A stretch of DNA of 13,989 bases from Armatimonadia bacterium (GTDB lineage Bacteria; Armatimonadota; Zipacnadia; Zipacnadales; UBA11051), in NCBI GenBank assembly GCA_039683575.1, contig JBDKRC010000079.1:1-13989 (forward strand), in the 5' to 3' direction. Shown in pieces: positions 1 through 7,726 of the stretch; positions within the stretch are counted from its first letter, which is position 1; the number at the start of each line of letters is the position of its first letter. Made by a program: the position numbers and the translations under genes. The notes under the pieces were generated by a model, which did no database searches, had not been told where the DNA came from, and saw only the letters and a program-made list of their open reading frames with translations.

Positions 1-667
1 GGGCAGTGACAACGGCCGGCGGGGTACGAGCCCCCGCCCTACAGTCTGACTCCCACGGATCAACATCATGTGCCTCAAGTCCAGTCGCCTGCCGGAAGCC
101 CTCGACCAGTCGCGGATGGTAGCGCGCCATCGGCGGCTGGCGGCAGAAGTCCAGTTGCAGGCCCTCGACCCCGATGCGTGCCGCGTCCACGAGCAGATCT
201 ATGCGCTCCTGCCGCACTTCATCAAAGGCGTAACAGAGCCGCGACGGGTCCGGCCCGCCTTCCCTGGTCACTTCATGGAACTCCGGGTGCTCCGCCGCCC
301 ATTTCGACGTGAAGCACCCGCCATACGATTCCCTGGAGTAATGTCGATTCATCCCCAGCCGCCCGTAGAGGCGCATCCCGTTCTTGCGGCCAGACTCCAG
401 TGCCGCCCGCAGGCAGCATCGCTCGGTGAAGACCTTCCCCAGTTCGCGGCCCCACGGCTCGGGATGTCCTACCCCGTCAAACAGCGTGGCCTGGGGCAGG
501 TCGGTGTGAAACTCCACGACGCTTCGCCCCAGCTTCCACGCCACGTCGCGGATGCCGCAGTTGAGGTGCGCCTGCAGGCAGTCCTCGACCTCATGCCCGG
601 TGCGCCAATCGAGCCACGGCATGTGCCCGACCCAGCAGTAGAGCTCCGCGATGCCCATGTAATCCAT
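1..667 (-). CDS. GHL10/DUF187-like TIM-barrel glycoside hydrolase, 3' end outside the window (not in the supplied ORF track)
   Basis: Manual translation from ATG at 667 stays open to the window edge: MDYMGIAELYCWVGHMPWLDW...LRAALESGRKNGMRLYGRLGMNRHY...SKWAAEHPEF...RLCYAFDEVRQERIDLLVDAARIGVEGLQLDFCRQP...GFRQATG. The HPE, L-x-Y-A-x-x-E-V-R and (D/E)GLQLDF-x-R segments resemble GHL10-type barrels. The + strand ORF 68..691 is its antisense shadow. Confidence 0.75.
   Translation of the reverse strand, partial: MDYMGIAELYCWVGHMPWLDWRTGHEVEDCLQAHLNCGIRDVAWKLGRSVVEFHTDLPQATLFDGVGHPEPWGRELGKVFTERCCLRAALESGRKNGMRLYGRLGMNRHYSRESYGGCFTSKWAAEHPEFHEVTREGGPDPSRLCYAFDEVRQERIDLLVDAARIGVEGLQLDFCRQPPMARYHPRLVEGFRQATGLEAHDVDPWESDCRAGARTPPAVVTA
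18..42 (-). repeat. GTAG-type REP hairpin inside the coding sequence
   Basis: Minus strand reads GTAG-GGCGGGG-GCTCGTA-CCCCGCC: a GTAG tetranucleotide, a 7-bp stem and a 7-nt loop, 25 nt in total, the same length as the full-length REPs at 13563-13749. Confidence 0.65.
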
Positions 668-680
668 GCTCACACATCCG

Positions 681-761
681 CTATCTGGTAATAGTCCCGA
701 TGTGCCTCGTCGGTGCAAGGCCGTCAATCACGGTAGCATCAACCAGCGCTATCGCCTTCAC
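681..761 (-). pseudogene. 26-codon remnant resembling the N-terminus of an amidohydrolase-family protein
   Basis: SD-like AGAGAGGA followed by GTG start, encoding VKAIALVDATVIDGLAPTRHIGTITR*. The segment ALVDATVIDG resembles the first beta-strands (A-x-V/L-I-D-G) of amidohydrolases. Confidence 0.35.
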
Positions 762-788
762 GCTGCGATCCTCTCTTGGCCGTTCCTG

Positions 789-811
789 GCAGCGCGGGCA
801 TCCCTGCCCGC
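789..811 (+). repeat. degenerate REP-like hairpin
   Basis: GCAG-C-GCGGGCA-TCCC-TGCCCGC: a 7-bp stem preceded by a GTAG/GGAG-like tetramer, in intergenic DNA. Confidence 0.4.
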
Positions 812-819
812 ATCTCCGA

Positions 820-847
820 CTGTTTTCCGTTCCCTGTTTTCTGTTGT
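820..847. repeat. short degenerate heptamer tandem repeat
   Basis: ctgtttt ccgttcc ctgtttt ctgttgt, four units with a 7-bp period. Confidence 0.4.
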
Positions 848-862
848 CGCCGTTGCCTCCCC

Positions 863-2761
863 CTAGCCCGCCGCCTCAACTGTCCCCAACCACACGCGCA
901 TCTTGCTTGCGCCGCGATTCGCCCACGCATAGTACGGTACAGCCGTTATCATCACGGTCCTGCACCCCGCATCAACCTCTGGCAGCGCCGTATAGAGCGG
1001 CGTGTCCTCCAGCGCGTCCCCTGCAAACCCAGGCCCCTGCAGCACCGTCACCCCGCCCAGCAGGCTGGCGTCATACCGCGCTTCCCACTCTCCGCCCAGA
1101 TCCCCGTCCTCAATCGCCACCTGCAGGTCCGCCACGTCGGCCTCGGGGTTGTCCACGCCCTCGACGCAGTACACCACCGGCCCGCGCCGCAGCGCCACTG
1201 CCCCGCGATTCTCCGACACTCGCGGGTGGCTCACCAGCGCGTCAATCGCCATCGGCAGGTGCAGCGTCACGTTATCTCCCAGCCGCCAGGTCCGCTCGAT
1301 TGTCAGATACTCGCCCGGCTGCGCAGGCACTGCATCGCGCCCGTTGATCATCGCGGCCGCACCACGCGCCCACTGCGGAATCCGCAGCCTCAGCGCAAAG
1401 CTTCGCTCCGTCTCGGGATCGACGTCGATCCGCACCGTGTCCTGCCACGGGTACTGCGTCCGCATCGTCACCCGCACAGAACCTCCGCCAACCTTCACCT
1501 CGGCCTCGCACTCGTCATAGAGGTTCACATAGATACCCTTGTCATCCGTGGCCAGCATATACCCCGGCAGCGATGCCAGGAGCCGCTGCACGTTCGGCGG
1601 GCAGCAGGTGCACCCATGCCACGTGCTCCGCTGCGGGGGCGGCACGCGATGCCCCGTCGCCGAGAACTTCTCGCCGCCGTCGTACGAGAGCGGGTTCATG
1701 TAGAAGTACTCATCCCCGCCCAGGGACACGCCTGAGCGCAGCCCGTTGTACAGGATCCACTCCATCACCTCGGCGAATTCACACTTGCCGGTCAAGAGCA
1801 GCATCCGGAAGGCCCACATGAAGTGCCCGTTCTGCGCGCAGGTCTCGGCATAGGCCCGCGCGTTCGGCAACTCATAGGGCTCCCCGAACGCCTCGCCCTC
1901 ATATCGCGCCCCGACCCCGCCCGTCACATAGATCTTCCCGCCCAGCAGGTCCCGCCACAGGTTCTCCAGATTCGCCTGCATCGCCTGATCTCCGGTCTCC
2001 AGCACCCAGTCAGCTCCGGCCGCGCAGATGTATGCCGACCGCACCGCATGCCCGACCAGCGTCTCCCGCTGCGCGATCGGCGGCAGGTTCATGGACGACT
2101 GCGGCTTGCTCAGAAAGAACCCCGCGAGATCAAGGTACCGCTTCTCTCCCGTTTCCCGATACAGCTCGACCAGCGCCAGTTCCACCTCCGGGTGGCCGTC
2201 GGTGATCTCGCGCTTCCCGGGCCCAAACTCCCGGGCCAGATGGTCCGCAAACTTGCAGGCTACCTGCAGCAGCGTATCGTTTCCGGTCGCCCGGTGGTAG
2301 GCCACCGCGCCCTGCATCAAGTGCCCCGCGCAGTACATCTCGTGTGAGTACTCGAGATGCTGGTAGCGCTCGGCCTTGCGCTCCTCGATGAAATACGTGT
2401 TGAGATACCCGTCCTCTTCCTGCACCGCAGCGATGTCGGCAATGACCGCATCCGTCCGCGCTTGCAGCTCCGCGTCCTTCTCGAACTGCAGGACGTAACC
2501 CACCGCCTCGATCCACTTGTACAGGTCAGAATCAGTAAACAGCGGCCCTCTGCGCCCGACTTTCTTCCCCGCCAGTCGCCGGAAGTTGTCCATGTGGCCG
2601 TTCTCTTCCAGCAGGTCATGCAGCTTGTTCAGGCCCCGCTCGACGTTCCCCCGCCGCAGCGGACCCCAGAAGCCGTTTTCGGCCATCCGCACCGCTCCCA
2701 GCGGTACAGTCTGCAGCCGCGCCTGCGGCGTGCTGTTGGTGTCAATGATGCCCTTGCCCAT
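863..2761 (-). CDS. glycoside hydrolase family 127 (beta-L-arabinofuranosidase-like), 632 aa, no signal peptide
   Basis: Motifs FTDSDLYKWIEA, DGYLNTY, HEMYCAGH, GHPEVELALVELY, GHAVR, GEAFG, AETC and CTCCPPN (Zn/Cys nucleophile site of GH127), plus T-x-YPW, RIP-x-W, RGPVVYC and VPYYAWANRG. Start placed at ATG 2761 behind GGGAGG; the longer track start at 2848 abuts a terminator. Confidence 0.95.
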   Translation of the reverse strand: MGKGIIDTNSTPQARLQTVPLGAVRMAENGFWGPLRRGNVERGLNKLHDLLEENGHMDNFRRLAGKKVGRRGPLFTDSDLYKWIEAVGYVLQFEKDAELQARTDAVIADIAAVQEEDGYLNTYFIEERKAERYQHLEYSHEMYCAGHLMQGAVAYHRATGNDTLLQVACKFADHLAREFGPGKREITDGHPEVELALVELYRETGEKRYLDLAGFFLSKPQSSMNLPPIAQRETLVGHAVRSAYICAAGADWVLETGDQAMQANLENLWRDLLGGKIYVTGGVGARYEGEAFGEPYELPNARAYAETCAQNGHFMWAFRMLLLTGKCEFAEVMEWILYNGLRSGVSLGGDEYFYMNPLSYDGGEKFSATGHRVPPPQRSTWHGCTCCPPNVQRLLASLPGYMLATDDKGIYVNLYDECEAEVKVGGGSVRVTMRTQYPWQDTVRIDVDPETERSFALRLRIPQWARGAAAMINGRDAVPAQPGEYLTIERTWRLGDNVTLHLPMAIDALVSHPRVSENRGAVALRRGPVVYCVEGVDNPEADVADLQVAIEDGDLGGEWEARYDASLLGGVTVLQGPGFAGDALEDTPLYTALPEVDAGCRTVMITAVPYYAWANRGASKMRVWLGTVEAAG

Positions 2762-2846
2762 GATCCTGCCTCCCGGCGATAGTAAGTGTCTTCCTCTTTC
2801 GCGAACCAGCCTCAAGCACCTGCCTCTGCCTGTCCCTGCCAATGGC

Positions 2847-2875
2847 AAAACGGGAGCGAGTCGCCTCGCTCCCGT
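2847..2875 (-). terminator. intrinsic terminator after the surface-protein cluster
   Basis: Perfect inverted repeat acgggagcgag-tcgc-ctcgctcccgt (2850-2875) running into TTTT on the minus strand, about 25 nt after the stop at 2900. Confidence 0.75.
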
Positions 2876-2899
2876 CTTTCAGCCAGCTACGCCTGGGGT

Positions 2900-5179
2900 C
2901 TACCGCAACTGCAGCGATCCCAGTGCCGTCGCCTGTGTTCCGTCAGCTCCTCTGGCCTGTACCCGCACGAGGTAAGTCCCCGCCGGAACCTTGGTCCCGC
3001 TGTTGCCCTTGCCGTTCCAGAGTAGCGAGGTCAGCCCCGCCGGCAGATCCTGCTGTGGCAGTTCCGCAACTATCCGTCCGGCGATATTGCAGATCACCGT
3101 TCGCACCGTCGCCGCGCTGCTCAGGTTCACCGCCACCTGCGCGCCTCGCGCCGTCGGCGCGGCTGCCACCATCACAACTTGACGGCCGTCCGCGGCTGCC
3201 GTCTGGAAGTTGTACTGCTCAGACCAGCCAAACACCCGGCCGCTCGTGCCTGAGATGCCACTGGCCAGACGGACCTGGTAGTCGGCGCCGGCTAGCAGGG
3301 GCAGCTTCGGGGTGAAGCGGACCTTCTGGTTCTGCTTGAGCCATTGTGCCGAGCCGGCCACCAGCGCTGCGCCGCGGTAAACTCGGAGCCTCTGGTTGAC
3401 GGAGAGCTGGTTGACCGGCCACTTGAAGGTGATCTCAATCGGGCTGGTAATCGGGACGTTCGTCGCGCCCGACGCAGGGCTGATGGCAGCTACCATCCTG
3501 GTGATCGTGGCCTTTTTGTGCGCCTTCCAGGCGCTGTAGGCGGTGCCGTCAAAGGCCCGCGCCCGCACCTGCCAGGTCTCGCCGAAGTCTACCTTGGAAG
3601 CCGGGAGGATTCGTCCGGGGTTATCGACCCACTTCGTGAGATATCCGCCTTCCGTGTTCACCTTGGCCCACTGGTATTCATAGCTGATCCCGTCGTGATC
3701 CGCGTCAGTGCTGTCGTCGGTCGCGCCGGTGAGGTCCTCCTTGCCGGGGACCGAGGGGCTGATGGTGACCCAGACCGGCCGGGTCGGCGGAGCATTCACA
3801 AGAGTGACCTCCGCTGGCGCGCACCAACCGCTGTCAACAACGCCATCGGTGGCGCAGGCCCGGACCATCCAGGTCTCGCCTTTGTTCAACGTGGCGCCCG
3901 TCAGAACGCCGTCGGTGCTGTCATAGCCCCAGATGACGGGGAATCGCGACCCGTCCTTGATCGGGCTGCCGGTTCCCGCAGGCACAAAGCCCCACTGGTA
4001 CTTGAACGTGACGGTGTCTCCGTCCGGGTCAGCGCCGCCACTGACCACCGTGCCCTGCAACTGGCTGGTGACCGAAGCCGGGGACGGCGTCGCCACGATT
4101 GAGACCGAGGCGGGCGCCGGCGGCATGGTATTGGCTCTCCTGGAAGCATAGAGGGTGTTGCCATCAAAGCCAATGTTGATGCGACCACCGTTCGGCGCGG
4201 GCTCGTTGGAGTAGTCTGAGGCCGGATCGCCGGCGTCCACGCAAGGGCTGGTGACCGCATCCAGAAACCACGCCAGCCCAGTCCAGCGTCCGCCGGTGGA
4301 CTGGAGGCAGTAGTTGCCCGACCCGGCATCAACGAACAGAGGGTCTACGGAGATATTGCCGTTGAGGCCGGTTTGGTCTGCAATGTTCATGTACTGTTCG
4401 GGGGTGTTGCCGTAGACGTTGCAGTAGCTGATGACGGGAGTGCTATCGTTTACCAGGTGAATTGCTCCACCGTCGGTGTTGTTGGCGATGATGTTGTTCT
4501 TGATGGTCGGCGACGAGTTCTCGCAATGGATACCGCCACCCGCGATTCCCGAGTTCCCCACTATCGTGTTGTTGGCGATGACCGGAGTGGTTGCGGGGTT
4601 GCCGGGGTCGGCGTAGCAATCCACGCCCGCACCGGTGGCCGCGGATTCATGGGGAATAACCGTGTTCCCGCTGACGATGTTATTACTGATGGTCGGGGAA
4701 CCGTTCTCACACTCGACGCCGCCGCCGAAGTTCGCCGAGTTCCCGCGGATGATGTTGTTGGTTATGGTGGGCGAACTCGACTTGCAGTATATGCCACCTC
4801 CTGACAGGCCCCACGAGGTTGTGGTACCTGCCCCATTGGTGATGGTGAAGCCTGACAGCACCGACGCTGCTGTCTCTGACGTCTGGAACGTCACCACGCT
4901 GCCGCTCGCATTCCCGTTGATGATAGTGGCTGCCACCACTACAGGATTGGTCGGGTCGGCGCTGCGCACCGTTATCGGCTTGCCGCCAAAGTCTATGTTC
5001 TCCGTATACGTCCCCGCACCCACCAGCACCGTATCGCCATTCGACGCGGCATCAATCGCCGTCTGAATGCTCTGACCCGCCGACACACTGATTGTCCCCG
5101 CCCACCCCGCTGCCGCCACGAACATAGCCATCCCGCAGAGCAAATATGCCATACCTCGTCTCGCAAACATCAATAGCAC
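2900..5179 (-). CDS. secreted modular protein: right-handed beta-helix + 2 DxDxD Ig-like repeats + SbsA-type Ig + FlgD-Ig/T9SS-CTD-like tail
   Basis: Signal peptide (...VAAAGWA-G); SIQTAIDAA..GDTVLVGAGTY-ENIDF helix cap; GGG(I/V)xC...SPTIxNNIIxGN coils; SPCVDAGDP...NEP.PNGGRINIG cap; two P-x-x-P...D-x-D-x-D...Y-x-Y-Q-W repeats; ISPASGATNVP...F..P (SbsA/Big_5-like); WNGK...VPAGTYLVRV tail. The exact start (GTG 5179 or a nearby ATG) is uncertain. Confidence 0.88.
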   Translation of the reverse strand: MLLMFARRGMAYLLCGMAMFVAAAGWAGTISVSAGQSIQTAIDAASNGDTVLVGAGTYTENIDFGGKPITVRSADPTNPVVVAATIINGNASGSVVTFQTSETAASVLSGFTITNGAGTTTSWGLSGGGIYCKSSSPTITNNIIRGNSANFGGGVECENGSPTISNNIVSGNTVIPHESAATGAGVDCYADPGNPATTPVIANNTIVGNSGIAGGGIHCENSSPTIKNNIIANNTDGGAIHLVNDSTPVISYCNVYGNTPEQYMNIADQTGLNGNISVDPLFVDAGSGNYCLQSTGGRWTGLAWFLDAVTSPCVDAGDPASDYSNEPAPNGGRINIGFDGNTLYASRRANTMPPAPASVSIVATPSPASVTSQLQGTVVSGGADPDGDTVTFKYQWGFVPAGTGSPIKDGSRFPVIWGYDSTDGVLTGATLNKGETWMVRACATDGVVDSGWCAPAEVTLVNAPPTRPVWVTISPSVPGKEDLTGATDDSTDADHDGISYEYQWAKVNTEGGYLTKWVDNPGRILPASKVDFGETWQVRARAFDGTAYSAWKAHKKATITRMVAAISPASGATNVPITSPIEITFKWPVNQLSVNQRLRVYRGAALVAGSAQWLKQNQKVRFTPKLPLLAGADYQVRLASGISGTSGRVFGWSEQYNFQTAAADGRQVVMVAAAPTARGAQVAVNLSSAATVRTVICNIAGRIVAELPQQDLPAGLTSLLWNGKGNSGTKVPAGTYLVRVQARGADGTQATALGSLQLR

Positions 5180-5246
5180 CTCTTCTTGATCACGACTAGT
5201 CGTTACATTTCGTTTACCTCATTGCTCCTTCCTCCCTACCTCTGCA

Positions 5247-5266
5247 CAGGAAATGCGCAGGAAATG
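5247..5266. promoter_or_regulatory. direct repeat CAGGAAATG x2 with an 11-bp period, candidate regulator binding site
   Basis: Exact 9-mer at 5247-5255 and 5258-5266, about 70 bp upstream of the 5179 start. Confidence 0.4.
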
Positions 5267-5273
5267 TCCACCA

Positions 5274-5332
5274 GAACTGGATCAGGCGCGGCCATCAAGA
5301 CCGCGCCTGTCACGTCTCATAGCGCCCAGTTC
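5274..5332 (-). other. intergenic stem-loop directly after the stop at 5336
   Basis: 9-bp stem caggcgcgg (5283-5291)/ccgcgcctg (5301-5309) nested within an outer pair gaactgg (5274-5280)/ccagttc (5326-5332). There is no U-tract. Confidence 0.4.
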
Positions 5333-5335
5333 CTG

Positions 5336-7588
5336 CTACCGCAATTGCACAGCCGTCAGCGCCGTCGCCTGCGCCCCCTCAGCCCCTCTGGCCTCCACCC
5401 TCACCAAGTACGTCCCCAACGGTACCCGTGTCCCGCCCTTCCCCTTGCCGTTCCACACGAGGCTGCTGACGCCCGCCGGCAAGTCCCGCTCCGCCAACTC
5501 CGCCACCACTCTGCCTGCGATGTTGCAGACCACCGTTCGCACCCTGGCGGCCGTACTCAGGCTCAGGGTCACCTGCGCCCCTGCCGCCGTCGGTGCCGCC
5601 GTGATGCTCATCGCCGTCGAGGCAGTCGCGGGTGCGGTCTTGAACCAGTAATTCTCGCCCCATCCAAGCACCCGGCCATCGGTGCACACAATCCCCGAAT
5701 CCACGTTGACCCGGTAGTAGGTGTCAGGTAGAAGCTCTACCTTCGGCCTGAGCTTCACCTTGCGATGGGCGGTCACCCACGTCATCACCGCCGGCACCGC
5801 TGTCGTCCCGCGCTTGAGTTGCACCCGCGTCGTCACCGTCTCCTGCCGCACAGGCCAGCGGAAGCTCACGAACACACATGCCGTCACCGGCACGCCGTAA
5901 GTCTTCGGCTGCGGTAAGACTCCTGCCATGTTGGTGATGGTGACGCTGCCGCCGATCTTCCACGGGCTGCCGAGCTCACCGTCAAGCGCCTGCGCCCGCA
6001 CTCGCCACGTCTCCCGTATCGCCAGGTTGGACGCCGCCAGCGTCCTGCCGGTGTAGTCCCAGGTGCCCCAGGTGCCGTCGGGGCGCAGCTTCGACCACTG
6101 GTACTTGTAGGTCAGGCTGTCCCCGTCCTCGTCAGTGGAGCCGGTCGCGGTGGCCGTCAGCCGTTCCGGTCCTGGCGCGTCGGGAGAGATGGTCACGGTC
6201 TCCGGTGCCGTGGGCCTGTGCTGCGTGCATGACTTCGACGCATAGACGGTATTGCCGTCGAAGCCCATGTTGATGCGCCCGCCGTTGGGCGCCGGTTCGT
6301 TGCCGAACGCGGAAGCCGGATCGCCTGCGTCAATACAGGGGCTGGTCACGGAATCGCTAACCCAGGCGCTGCCATCCCAGCGCCCGCCGCGAGATTTGAG
6401 GCGCAGGTTGCCACCGTTGGCGTCGGCGAAAAGAGGATCAACCGAGCAGTTCCCATTGCTACCGCTCTGGTCGGGCCAGTTCACGTAGTCGCAGCCCTTG
6501 TTGCCCCATACCACGCAGTAGGTCACGACCGGATGCGACCCCTCATACGCCACGAACAGCCCGCCGCCTCCGGTGTTGAGGGCGATGATGGTGTTCCGGA
6601 TCTTCGGTGAGGCCTCGTCGCAGTAGACACCGCCGCCCGCCTGCCGCCCCAGGTTGCCGCTGATGGTGTCGTTGGTGAGGGTCGGTGAGGAGGAGTAGCA
6701 GAACACGCCCCCGCCAAGCTCGGCCGAGTTGCCACTGATGGCATTGTTGGCGAGGCCCGGTGCGGCGTACTCGTCGCAATACACCCCGCCGCCCTCTTGC
6801 AGGGCCGAGTTGTCTCTGATGGTGTTGCGGAGCACGCGGGGTGAGGAGGACCAGCAGAACACTCCGGCCCCGAAGCGAGCGGAGTTGCCATTGATGGCAT
6901 TGTCGGTGATGGTGGCTGAGGACTGGGACGAGCAGGAAACGCCCCCGCCCCCATCGTCGGCGGAGTTATCGCAAATGGTGTTGTGGCTCAGCATCGGGCA
7001 GGAGCGTAAGTCGCAGGAGACGCCGCCGCCGTCCCAGCCTGCCCAGTTGCCGCTGATGGTGTTACTGGTCAGGGTTGGCGAGGCCCCGCGATGGCACGCC
7101 ACACCGCCGCCGTTGTAGCCAGCAGTGTTACCGCGAATGATGTTGCGGGTCAGGGTCGGGGAGGAGCCGATACACAGCACGCCGCCACCGAAACGGTTGC
7201 CTTCTTGATCGCAGGTGCCACTGCCATTGGTGATAGTGAAGCCACTGAGTACCGAATTGGCCGTCTCCCCGGAGGCCAGGGTGACCACGCTGCCCTGTTG
7301 GTTGCCATCAATCACCGTCTGGGACGCGATACAGTGGTTGGTCGGATCACTGCTCTGGACCGTGATCGCCTTGCCTCTGAAATCAAGGTTCTCCCTGTAC
7401 CGCCCGACAGCCACCACTATCACCTCACCATCGGCCGCAGCATCAATCGCCGCCTGAATGGTGGGATAGCCATCGGGAACGTGGAGGCAAGCCTCGCAAG
7501 TCCGGCAGGCCAGCAGCATCGCACTAGCCGCCAGGGACACCCACAAGCAGAGACTCCCGCGGCAGAAGACCCAACGACCTGCGCCCAT
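5336..7588 (-). CDS. secreted modular protein, paralog of 2900..5179: longer beta-helix + 1 DxDGD Ig-like repeat + SbsA-type Ig + CTD-like tail
   Basis: SD GGGAGG before ATG 7588; hydrophobic N-terminus; VPDGYPTIQAAIDAA cap; eight G(G/A)GVxC...N coils; SPCIDAGDP...NEPAPNGGRINMG; tail WNGK...VPLGTYLVRVEAR...QLR. Confidence 0.88.
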   Translation of the reverse strand: MGAGRWVFCRGSLCLWVSLAASAMLLACRTCEACLHVPDGYPTIQAAIDAAADGEVIVVAVGRYRENLDFRGKAITVQSSDPTNHCIASQTVIDGNQQGSVVTLASGETANSVLSGFTITNGSGTCDQEGNRFGGGVLCIGSSPTLTRNIIRGNTAGYNGGGVACHRGASPTLTSNTISGNWAGWDGGGVSCDLRSCPMLSHNTICDNSADDGGGGVSCSSQSSATITDNAINGNSARFGAGVFCWSSSPRVLRNTIRDNSALQEGGGVYCDEYAAPGLANNAISGNSAELGGGVFCYSSSPTLTNDTISGNLGRQAGGGVYCDEASPKIRNTIIALNTGGGGLFVAYEGSHPVVTYCVVWGNKGCDYVNWPDQSGSNGNCSVDPLFADANGGNLRLKSRGGRWDGSAWVSDSVTSPCIDAGDPASAFGNEPAPNGGRINMGFDGNTVYASKSCTQHRPTAPETVTISPDAPGPERLTATATGSTDEDGDSLTYKYQWSKLRPDGTWGTWDYTGRTLAASNLAIRETWRVRAQALDGELGSPWKIGGSVTITNMAGVLPQPKTYGVPVTACVFVSFRWPVRQETVTTRVQLKRGTTAVPAVMTWVTAHRKVKLRPKVELLPDTYYRVNVDSGIVCTDGRVLGWGENYWFKTAPATASTAMSITAAPTAAGAQVTLSLSTAARVRTVVCNIAGRVVAELAERDLPAGVSSLVWNGKGKGGTRVPLGTYLVRVEARGAEGAQATALTAVQLR

Positions 7589-7655
7589 GGACGCCTCCCT
7601 CTCACCAGTACGCGCGCAACTCGGTTCTCCCGCCCCGGTCTTCCCGAACGCCGGT

Positions 7656-7677
7656 GGGAAACGCTTTCACTATTTTA
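7656..7677 (-). promoter_or_regulatory. -10-like TAAAAT followed by a LacI/GalR (cre-like) operator candidate
   Basis: Minus strand TAAAAT (7677-7672) then TGAAAGCGTTTCCC (7669-7656), which matches TGNAANCGNTTNCA except at the last base. No good -35 element was seen. Confidence 0.45.
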
Positions 7678-7726
7678 GACGCGTCCGGCGAAGCCGCGCC
7701 TCAGAATCTCGGCTGCCGACGGCTCG

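Noticed and set aside
2779-2812. sigma70 promoter for GH127 (TACTAT at 2784-2779)
   Set aside because: The -10 is plausible, but there is no -35 at proper spacing, so support is insufficient.
2762-2848. 29-aa N-terminal extension of GH127 in the ORF track
   Set aside because: It starts at the terminator edge with no SD, whereas ATG 2761 has GGGAGG at normal spacing.
2900-7588. Autotransporter (type V) assignment for the Pmp-like beta-helix proteins
   Set aside because: There is no C-terminal beta-barrel or terminal aromatic residue; the proteins end in an Ig-like tail.
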